NCBI GenBank assembly: GCA_046290225.1
Contig: JBKAGE010000001.1
Coordinates: 1-64,000, forward strand
DNA from: Bradymonadia bacterium
GTDB lineage: Bacteria; Myxococcota_A; Bradymonadia; UBA7976; UBA1532
Reading direction: 5' to 3'
Length of the DNA stretch: 64,000 nucleotides
Shown: piece by piece, positions 32,383-39,866 of the stretch
How the letters are laid out: every line of letters begins with the position of its first letter
Position numbering within the stretch: the stretch's first letter is position 1
The notes under the pieces: model-generated
The model's database searches: none
Told to the model about the DNA's origin: nothing
What the model saw: only the letters and a program-made list of their open reading frames with translations
Made by a program: the position numbers and the translations under genes

Positions 32383-33768
32383 GTGCCCATTGGCTCTGGA
32401 GCGCCTCACTTGGCTCAACTTCGTCCCCGCTTTGAGATGGACCTACGCGCCGTCGTCGCCGCCATCGCCATCCTGGCCATGGCGCCGTTGGTGGCTCTGG
32501 GGGTCACCTCGAGCCCGCTCCTCGCTGGGGGCGCCATCCTCGCCGTGGCCGCAGGCCTGCTGCTCCTCGCCCGCGAGCAGTGGATCGCCCCTCTGCTGGC
32601 TCTGGGCTTCATGTACAACGCCGTCTTCGTCTCCTTGGGCTTTGCCTTCCTCGGCGTAGGCGACGGTGTGGCTCTGATGAGCTTCGGCGCCTGGTTCATT
32701 CATCGGCTCGGGCGCCCCCGACCCTTCCGGCTCAAACACATCTCTCTCATGATCCTGTTCATGATCATCTGCTACGTCAGCTTGGTGAACGGTGTCATGC
32801 CAGGGGCGAGCAAAGGGCCCTACATGCGGCAGGTGGTCTACATGCTCGGCCTCGTGATCATGATGGACACCCTCAGGAACTTCACCCAGCTGCGGTGGGT
32901 GATGTACGCCCTGGCCATCGCTTCGGTGATCCATTGCGTCTACGCGGTGGTGTCATATGACGGCGTGCGGCGTCTGAGAGGCTTTGTCGATCAGCCCAAC
33001 ACCCTGGCTCACCTCGTGGCCTTTGGCATGCTCCCCACCCTGGAGCGTTTTCAGAACAACACCGACTCCACCCGCCGCGTGCTGTGGATGGGCGCCTTCA
33101 TGTTGCAGGTGGCGGTCATCGTGATGAGTGTCTCTCGAGGCACCATCCTCGCCCTCGCCGTGGCCTTGCTGTGGTGGGTGCGGGCCAACCGTGGGCAAGT
33201 CCTCATCATCCTCGTCGGCGGCCTCGCGGTCTTCATCGCCATGAAGGGCATCGAAGACCGGCCCACTCAGAACATCGTGCAAGATCGCCTGGCGATGAAA
33301 GATGCGAGCTTGCACCACCGCACCGAGATCTTCGGCTATGGCGTCGAGGCGTTGTTCACGCACCCCTGGCTCGGGGTGGGCTTCAACCAGTTCACCGAGC
33401 TCGACCGCGCCATCGATCTCAGCCAGAACGCCTCGGGCCGCGCGGCCCACAACTACTATCTGAACATCGCCGTCTCCGTGGGCTTGCCCGGGGTCTTCCT
33501 GCTGCTGGGCTTCTGCTGGCTGCACAGCCGCCGTGTCTGGCAACATCACCGGTGGCTGTCCCAGCTCAGATCTCGCACCCCGGAACAGAATGAAGCGATG
33601 GTGCTCCTGAGCCTGTTGCAGTGTGTCATCTTGTTCGAAACCGTAGGTTTGATGACCAAGGGTGACATGATGGGCCTGCTCTGGATGCTGATGGGTGTCA
33701 CCGCCGCCGCATCTCAGCTCGAGTTGCCGACCTCTGACGACGACCGTTCCTCTGTGACCACACCGTGA
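32383..33768 (+). CDS. O-antigen ligase/Wzy-like membrane protein
   Basis: Many TM helices; RLRG..QPN, SRG, HPWLGVG, AHNYYL motifs. Start may be ATG 32437. Confidence 0.85.
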   Translation: MPIGSGAPHLAQLRPRFEMDLRAVVAAIAILAMAPLVALGVTSSPLLAGGAILAVAAGLLLLAREQWIAPLLALGFMYNAVFVSLGFAFLGVGDGVALMSFGAWFIHRLGRPRPFRLKHISLMILFMIICYVSLVNGVMPGASKGPYMRQVVYMLGLVIMMDTLRNFTQLRWVMYALAIASVIHCVYAVVSYDGVRRLRGFVDQPNTLAHLVAFGMLPTLERFQNNTDSTRRVLWMGAFMLQVAVIVMSVSRGTILALAVALLWWVRANRGQVLIILVGGLAVFIAMKGIEDRPTQNIVQDRLAMKDASLHHRTEIFGYGVEALFTHPWLGVGFNQFTELDRAIDLSQNASGRAAHNYYLNIAVSVGLPGVFLLLGFCWLHSRRVWQHHRWLSQLRSRTPEQNEAMVLLSLLQCVILFETVGLMTKGDMMGLLWMLMGVTAAASQLELPTSDDDRSSVTTP

Positions 33769-33778
33769 GAGCAGCCTC

Positions 33779-34531
33779 ATGAACCAGATCCTGATGTCCG
33801 CCGAAGATCGCATGCGCCGCCACCTGCCAGAGATGGACGACACCACGTGGCGCCGGGTGAGCAGCCGGGCCCGGCAGTATTTTCACGATCTCCCCCTCAA
33901 AGGCCGACGGGTCCTGGACATCGGTGCCGGCAGCGGGGTCTTCAGCCTCTGGATGAAAGAGGTCTGCGGCGCAGCTGAGGTGGTGGCCGTGGAGCCTGGC
34001 GAAGGTGTGGGCACCACCGCAGGGGTAGACGAGGCCTCTCACGCCCTCTTCGAGCGCTCGGGCATCCCCGGCCTGCGCCTGGTGAGCGCCCGAATCCAAG
34101 ACTTCGTGCCCGATGAACCCTTCGACGTGATCGTGTCGATCAACTCGATCAACCACGTCGACGAGGTCACCCATCGCCTCGATCGGGAGAGCGATGCCCG
34201 CGACCGCTTCATCACCTTGTTCCGTCAACTGCACGACATGTTGGTGGTGGGCGGCGATCTGATGGTGACAGACGCAGATCGCTACTGCCTGGAGCGCTAC
34301 ACCGCCCGCCTGGGCCTGCCCCGCCTGTTCACGCCCACGATCGACTACGATTTGCACCAGAAGGCAGAGACCTGGGCAGAGCTGGCAGAGATGGGCGGCT
34401 TTGGTGACTTCCACATCCGCGGGGTGGCCTCGAGCTCACTCGAACCGCGTCTGGGTCCCTGGCGCGACAACCGAATCGCGGCATTCCTGACCACGGGCGT
34501 GTTCCTGATGCGGGCCCGCCGCATCAGCTGA
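33779..34531 (+). CDS. Class I SAM-dependent methyltransferase
   Basis: VLDIGAGSG, FDVIVS motifs. Confidence 0.85.
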   Translation: MNQILMSAEDRMRRHLPEMDDTTWRRVSSRARQYFHDLPLKGRRVLDIGAGSGVFSLWMKEVCGAAEVVAVEPGEGVGTTAGVDEASHALFERSGIPGLRLVSARIQDFVPDEPFDVIVSINSINHVDEVTHRLDRESDARDRFITLFRQLHDMLVVGGDLMVTDADRYCLERYTARLGLPRLFTPTIDYDLHQKAETWAELAEMGGFGDFHIRGVASSSLEPRLGPWRDNRIAAFLTTGVFLMRARRIS

Positions 34532-34543
34532 TACGGCATACGA

Positions 34544-36223
34544 TCAGAACACCCGCACAGGCCGGCAGCCCATACCGTCACCGCGCTCGTTGGCGGGAAA
34601 ATCCCCACGGCGGGTGGTGCGCAGATCGTAGTCGGGGCGGAACCACGCGCCGCCTCGAGCCACGCGGTGCTTGCCACCCGTGAGACGAGGGCGACCATCC
34701 GCTGGGGCGCCTTCGTAGCCCGCCACGTAGACATCCGAGACCCACTCCCAGACGTTCCCTGCCATATCGCACAAGCCTTGAGCGGTATGCCCTTCTTTCA
34801 GGCTGCACACCGGCTGGGTGCTGCGGCTGCCACAACCTGGTCGATCTCGATCGCGGAACACCGTACGTCCACAAGTGGCCATCGAGTTGCCCCAGGGGAA
34901 CCGGATGGGCTCGCCGGCGCCACGGGCGGCGTACTCCCACTCCGCCTCACTCGGCAGGCGGCCACCGATCCACCAGGAGAAGTCCCTCGCCTGGGCCCAG
35001 CTCAGGCAGTTGATGGGATGGTCGTCTCGATTGGGTCGGCCCCAGTTGCACACCGCTCCCTTGCTCAACCCCTCGTCGCTGCACGCGCCGGCCTCGACGC
35101 AGGCGCGGTACTGCGCCACGGTGACCTCGGCCTGAGCCATGGCGAACCCCGGCAGCTTCACCGTGCGCACCGGGCCCTCGGTGGCGTCGCTGCGAGATCC
35201 CATGTCGAACTCACCGGCGGGGAGCTTCACCCAGGTGACCCCCACCGCCTCGGCGATGGCGTCGGCCCGCTGGCTCGCCTCTTCGATGAGCTTTCGCCAG
35301 GGCTGATAGGTGGCGTTGAACTCTGCGGTGAGCGCCCGCTTCTTCTTTTGGGGCAGCACATCGTCATCGAGCTGGAGCAGCCGCTTGAGCTTGGTCTCGT
35401 CTCGAGCCATGGCCTCGGCCACCTCCACCAGGCGACGGTGCTGAGCGCGGCGCGTGCGGGCCACGCTCACCCATTGGCGGGCGCGTCGCTCTGCTTCGGC
35501 CTTCATCTCTGGAGAGATCTTGTGGTGTCGAGCCACAGCCCACCAGCGCGTGGCCAGCACGTCGGGGTGAGCGCCGGGCTTCTTCTCCATGCGCCGGGCT
35601 TCTTGCAGGCGCTCCAGCAGATCGACGTCCAGCGCGGCGAGGCCCCCTGGGGGCGCAGGCAGCTCACCGGGGATCTGGGCCTCGAAGTTCTGGGGCATCG
35701 GCAAGCCCGAGCCAAAATGGGCGTCGTCTCCGCCCAGAGGGCCAATGGCCGAGAGCAAGCTGGTGCTGATGCCCTCGACGACTTCTTCGAGGCCCTTCAC
35801 GTCTTCAGATCCCCCCTGGCGTTGTGCCAGCAAGGCGCCCGACTCGGTGTTGTAGAGCTTGAGGTTCACCCGCAGGGCGTCACCGAGACGGATGACCTCA
35901 CCAGAGACCACGTAGTGTGCGCCGATGTTGCGGCCGGTCTCCACCTCGCACTCCCCTTCGCAGGCGGCGAGATCCACCCCAGGGGGCAACATCTCCACGA
36001 GGTTCTCCCGAGTGATCACGGTGAACTTGCCCTGGTCGAGCCTCAAGGCCACCCCACGGGAGAGATCGGTCAAGTAGGCCAGAGTGTCTTCTCGAAGCTC
36101 TGCGGCGTTGTGCAGCTCGAGCACGGCGATGCGCTTCGGCGCAGCGGCGCCGGCGGTGGACAAGCAGACAGCGGTGAGCGCGAGGGCGAAGATCAGCCCC
36201 CTCTTGAAGATACTCAGACCCAT
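34544..36223 (-). CDS. Secreted formylglycine-generating-enzyme (FGE-sulfatase) domain protein with N-terminal CsgG/TolB-N-like domain
   Basis: F.MGS, EVTVAQY, HPINC, RLPSEAEWEYAARG, GLCDMAGNVWEW, RGGAW; N-terminal RIAVLEL...GRNIGAHYVVSGEV. Confidence 0.9.
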   Translation of the reverse strand: MGLSIFKRGLIFALALTAVCLSTAGAAAPKRIAVLELHNAAELREDTLAYLTDLSRGVALRLDQGKFTVITRENLVEMLPPGVDLAACEGECEVETGRNIGAHYVVSGEVIRLGDALRVNLKLYNTESGALLAQRQGGSEDVKGLEEVVEGISTSLLSAIGPLGGDDAHFGSGLPMPQNFEAQIPGELPAPPGGLAALDVDLLERLQEARRMEKKPGAHPDVLATRWWAVARHHKISPEMKAEAERRARQWVSVARTRRAQHRRLVEVAEAMARDETKLKRLLQLDDDVLPQKKKRALTAEFNATYQPWRKLIEEASQRADAIAEAVGVTWVKLPAGEFDMGSRSDATEGPVRTVKLPGFAMAQAEVTVAQYRACVEAGACSDEGLSKGAVCNWGRPNRDDHPINCLSWAQARDFSWWIGGRLPSEAEWEYAARGAGEPIRFPWGNSMATCGRTVFRDRDRPGCGSRSTQPVCSLKEGHTAQGLCDMAGNVWEWVSDVYVAGYEGAPADGRPRLTGGKHRVARGGAWFRPDYDLRTTRRGDFPANERGDGMGCRPVRVF

Positions 36224-36334
36224 GAAATCCCCTGCGTGCATCGGTGGCAGTACAGACTCAGCAACTTAGCAGACAGATCTACGACGCTGGAGGGGGCAGG
36301 TTCTTCTATGACGGATTCATGACACCGATACGCG

Positions 36335-37621
36335 TCACTCTGAAGGGGCCGCCACGAAAGGATCGCTGAACTTCTCGTCGGCGAGCATGGCGCGATCGGT
36401 GAGCGTCTCCATGAAGGCCACCAGGGCTTCTTTTTCGCTCTGAGTGAAGTCGAAGCGGATCGGCCCGCTCACCCCACGCAACGGCGGGATCAACGTGGGA
36501 TGGTCCTGGATGCCCGTGCTGTAGTGCTCCACCACCTCCATGAGGGTGGCGAAGCGGCCATCGTGCATATAGGGCGGCCGAACAGCGACGTTCTTGAGCG
36601 AAGGCACTTTGAACTTGCCGATGTCGTTGTGGTTCATCGTCGACTCATACACCCCCAGATCATCAATGGACTGGGCGTCGAGGCCGTTGTTGGTCGCCGT
36701 GGACGTGCCCTGACGCCCATTGGGTACAGGGCCAACAAAGGCTTCGGTGGTGTGGCACACGGCGCAATTGGCCTGGCCGCCGCCCTCGACCTGCCTGGCG
36801 ACGAAGAACAGCCGCTTGCCGAGGTTCTCCTGCGCAGTAAAGCCCGGGAAGTTGACTACAGGAGAGTCCACCTCAGCCCTGGCCACATCGTACTTCGAGG
36901 TGGTGCTCACCATGCTCCGGATGAACTGCGCCAGCGCCTTCGAGATCCTGTCGCTCGAGATCGAGTCGTCGCCAAAGGCATCCTCGAACAACTGCGGGTA
37001 GTACGGCTGGCTACGCACAATCTCCTCGAGCCGTTCGAGGGTGAGGCCCATCTCCACATCATCTTGAAAGGGCATGAGCACCTGCGCTTCGAGGCGCTCT
37101 GCCCGCTCGTCCCAGAAGAACTTGCCGCTGAAGTAGAAGCGCCCGTTGGCCAGCCCCATGGAGTGCCGCCGCGTATGACCGCCCTCGAAGCCTTCGCTGT
37201 GCACCTCAGGATCAGAGAAGCCATGGGCCTGCTGATGGCACGAGGCACATGCGATGGTGCCATTGGCGCTCAGCTTCTTGTCGTAGAAGAGCACCCGCCC
37301 CAAAGTGGCCCCAGCATCGGTCACGGGGTTGTCTTCGGGGGTGTTGTCGAAGTCGAGGGCTGCACGCTGAAAACGAAACCGCTCCGGGAACTCGTTCTGA
37401 GTCAGGAAGCGTGGAAGCACGATGTCGGCGTAGGTGAAGGGGGGCTCAGGCAGCACAGGAGCGCCGGGCTGCACCACCGCAGCGTCTTCTGGCGGCACCA
37501 CCCCCATGTCGACCACAGGCGCCATGCCATCGAGGGCAGCATCATCGATGGACGCCGCATCATCGCAGCCCACAACAACCAGTGAGAGCAGCACAATCTG
37601 TGTGGCGCGGATGAGGCTCAT
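36335..37621 (-). CDS. Di-heme cytochrome c peroxidase/MauG-family lipoprotein
   Basis: Lipobox VVVGC; LGRVLFYDKKLS, CASCH, FFWD, CAVCH, FKVPSLKN, PPYMHDG. Confidence 0.92.
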   Translation of the reverse strand: MSLIRATQIVLLSLVVVGCDDAASIDDAALDGMAPVVDMGVVPPEDAAVVQPGAPVLPEPPFTYADIVLPRFLTQNEFPERFRFQRAALDFDNTPEDNPVTDAGATLGRVLFYDKKLSANGTIACASCHQQAHGFSDPEVHSEGFEGGHTRRHSMGLANGRFYFSGKFFWDERAERLEAQVLMPFQDDVEMGLTLERLEEIVRSQPYYPQLFEDAFGDDSISSDRISKALAQFIRSMVSTTSKYDVARAEVDSPVVNFPGFTAQENLGKRLFFVARQVEGGGQANCAVCHTTEAFVGPVPNGRQGTSTATNNGLDAQSIDDLGVYESTMNHNDIGKFKVPSLKNVAVRPPYMHDGRFATLMEVVEHYSTGIQDHPTLIPPLRGVSGPIRFDFTQSEKEALVAFMETLTDRAMLADEKFSDPFVAAPSE

Positions 37622-37639
37622 GCGTTCCCTCAATGTGGT

Positions 37640-38485
37640 CTACCCGTCTTCGAGCTCACCTGACTTGCCCACGTTGAAGCTGAAGCTGCGCTCGCCGCTG
37701 GTCAAGGTCACCTTGCTCACCGCATCGTCGACACGCTCGAACTCCATGGTGATGGTACGCACAGGCGTCGTGAGAATGTAGGTGCCCGCCTGGGGCATGG
37801 CATCTTGCCCGCGCATCTGCACTCCATTGCTGGCCAAGCTCCACACAAGGCCGTCCTCGGCCCATCCCCATGTGCTGTCTCCGTCGATGAGCATGCCCCC
37901 AGAGATGCCAGCGTCGGGATCTATGAGCCTCTGGGTATGCGTGCCGGCGCCCACCCTGTCGCTTCTGTCTGTCTTCCAGGTGAAGTCGTGGGCCACCTCG
38001 CGGCTCTGCTCGCCGGGGATCCAGGTCACGGTGGCGTTGCCCGTGAGCACGACGGTGCCCTGGGTGAAGTCGGTCCAGGCGTGCTCGACCTGCACACCCT
38101 CGCCGTCATTCCGAGCGATGGTGATGGTGTGGCTGCCACCCCAGGTTCTGTCGCGCCATACGCAGTCGTCGTCGAGGGTGCCATGATCGATGGTGAGCTG
38201 AGCCTTTTCGGCGTCGAGGGCCACCTCGGCACACGGGATCTGACTCTGGTAGAAATCAGCAAGCTCTTCTGCGCCCTTGGCTACGCCCTCGCCAAGGGTG
38301 AACTCGGTGCTGATCTCGATGGACTCGCTGGTGAGGGCACTGGCCTGGCTCGCGGTGATGGCCTGTCGGGCGCCGCTCTCTGCCTCCCCTTTGCTCATCT
38401 CCTGATAGTCCGGTGGTGGGCAACCCCAGAGGCTGCCCACGGCGAGGGTGGCGATGAGGGCGCGGCTCAGTGAAGTGATGTGCAC
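37640..38485 (-). CDS. Hypothetical beta-rich lipoprotein
   Basis: GTG start at 38485 with RBS gaggag and lipobox SLWGC; the track's extension to 38920 only translates the repeat element. Confidence 0.75.
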   Translation of the reverse strand: MHITSLSRALIATLAVGSLWGCPPPDYQEMSKGEAESGARQAITASQASALTSESIEISTEFTLGEGVAKGAEELADFYQSQIPCAEVALDAEKAQLTIDHGTLDDDCVWRDRTWGGSHTITIARNDGEGVQVEHAWTDFTQGTVVLTGNATVTWIPGEQSREVAHDFTWKTDRSDRVGAGTHTQRLIDPDAGISGGMLIDGDSTWGWAEDGLVWSLASNGVQMRGQDAMPQAGTYILTTPVRTITMEFERVDDAVSKVTLTSGERSFSFNVGKSGELEDG

Positions 38486-38531
38486 GGTGGATCTCCTCGA
38501 AGGTGTGAAGCCTGTTTCGAATGCACAGTAC

Positions 38532-38548
38532 AGCACTCGCCATGCCAA
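38532..38548 (-). promoter_or_regulatory. Candidate sigma-54 (-24/-12) promoter
   Basis: Minus strand TTGGCATGGCGAGTGCT: GG-N10-GC spacing close to TGGCAC-N5-TTGC, about 45 bp upstream of the 38485 start. Confidence 0.5.
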
Positions 38549-38642
38549 TTGCGCGTATGGCCATTCTTCGGGGGGTTGGGTGGACAGTGTCAACGGGGGG
38601 TTACAGAGGGGGCGTGTCTGGTGCTTTTGTTGTGGTGTATTC

Positions 38643-39190
38643 GGGGGCCCGCTTCGCGGGTAAGAGAGTTTTCGGGCACGGGCACGGGCACGGGCACGGG
38701 CACGAGTTTTACGGGTGTGGACAGTGCAGCCTGAGGCTGCATGTCTTGGAGCGAGTGTAGGCCTGCGTAGCCGGCCGGAGGGAGCGGAAAGGCACCCGAA
38801 GGGCTGGCCACTGTTCGACCTGACAGTGCAGCCTGAGGCTGCATGTCTTGGAGCGAGTGTAGGCCTGCGTAGCCGGCCGGAGGGAGCGGAAAGACACCCG
38901 GAGGGCTGGCCACTGGTCAACCTGACCCGTGGCCCTGCCTGAACTCAGGACGAAGGCTGCAATTGAAGCTGAGATGATGTGTTTCAGAACGACCTGAGAG
39001 TTCAGGTCTTGAAGTACACGGAGGTCCAAAACCTCCACCGAGAACAATGTGGGGCTGAGTAGAGCCTCCACCATTACAGACCCACGAGCGGAGCCATGCA
39101 GGGCCACGGGTCCAGGTACGTATCAACTCGTGCCCGTGCCCGTGCCCGTGCCCGTGCCCGAAAACTCTCTTACCCGCGAAGCGGGCCCCC
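38643..39190. mobile_element. Non-coding MITE/REP-like composite element with 66-bp terminal inverted repeats
   Basis: 38643-38708 is the exact reverse complement of 39125-39190; each contains (GGGCAC)5. No transposase inside, so mobility is inferred. Confidence 0.7.
38720..38923. repeat. Two tandem 102-bp direct repeats with internal palindrome
   Basis: 38720-38821 vs 38822-38923 differ at 4 positions; each begins gaca-g-tgcagcct-g-aggctgca-tgtc. Confidence 0.95.
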
Positions 39191-39775
39191 TCACTTAGCC
39201 AACTGACCCTCCACCGCCTTCACCAAAGCAGGATCCATCGGATCCACCGACGATTCGAAGCGGGCCACCACCTCCCCCTTGGGGCTCACCAGGAACTTGG
39301 TGAAGTTCCAGCGGACCTCCCCCTGAGTCTTCGAGGACTTCTCCGTGAGCAGAGTGTAGAGCGGGGCCTTCTCGGGGCCCTTGGCGTGCACCTTGTCGAA
39401 GAGCGGGAAGGTGATCGAGAAGTTGTCGGCGACGAAACCTTGGATCATCTTCGCGTCGCCGGGCTCCTGACCACCGAAGTCGTTCGACGGGAAGGCCAGC
39501 ACCACCAGCCCCTTGTCCTTGTAGGTGCGGTGCAGGCGCTCCAGACCCGCGTACTGCGGGGTGAAACCACACTGCGAGGCCGTGTTGACGATGAGCATCG
39601 CCTTGCCTGCGTAGTCTTTGAGGCTCACCGGCTTGCCTTGGATGTCAGTCACCGTGAGGGCGTGAATCGGCGCTGTTTGAGCAGCGGGCTTCTCGGCGGC
39701 AGGCTCGGCGCAGATGGGGGTGGCCCAGAAGGCCAGGGCGCCGGTGAGGGCGAGCATCAGGTGGGTGGGGCGCAT
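39191..39775 (-). CDS. Glutathione peroxidase (Cys-type) with signal peptide
   Basis: NTASQCGFTPQY, AFPSNDFGGQEPG, VRWNFTKFL. Confidence 0.95.
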   Translation of the reverse strand: MRPTHLMLALTGALAFWATPICAEPAAEKPAAQTAPIHALTVTDIQGKPVSLKDYAGKAMLIVNTASQCGFTPQYAGLERLHRTYKDKGLVVLAFPSNDFGGQEPGDAKMIQGFVADNFSITFPLFDKVHAKGPEKAPLYTLLTEKSSKTQGEVRWNFTKFLVSPKGEVVARFESSVDPMDPALVKAVEGQLAK

Positions 39776-39866
39776 GGAGGACCTCTCGAATCAGTGTGCC
39801 CTTCAGAGATGAGCACTTCGAGAGATGGTCGCGCGTTCAGGAGAGAGTGGGTGAGTTGTGGGCGGC

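Noticed and set aside
34544..35240. FGE-sulfatase (CLec-fold) domain as a DGR target
   Set aside because: No template-repeat copy differing at adenines and no RT or Avd gene seen in this window.
34667..36322. 551-aa plus-strand ORF
   Set aside because: Antisense to the well-supported FGE-domain gene; no motifs.
38720..38923. CRISPR array
   Set aside because: Only two directly abutting 102-bp units with no unique spacers and no cas genes.
38486..39126. Small ORFs and the N-terminal extension (RARARA, VPVPVP, GTGTGT peptides) across the repeat element
   Set aside because: Translations of the hexamer and 102-bp repeats; the lipoprotein has a better start with RBS and lipobox at 38485.
39191..39775. 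Selenocysteine glutathione peroxidase
   Set aside because: The active-site codon is TGT (Cys) and the frame has no internal TGA.
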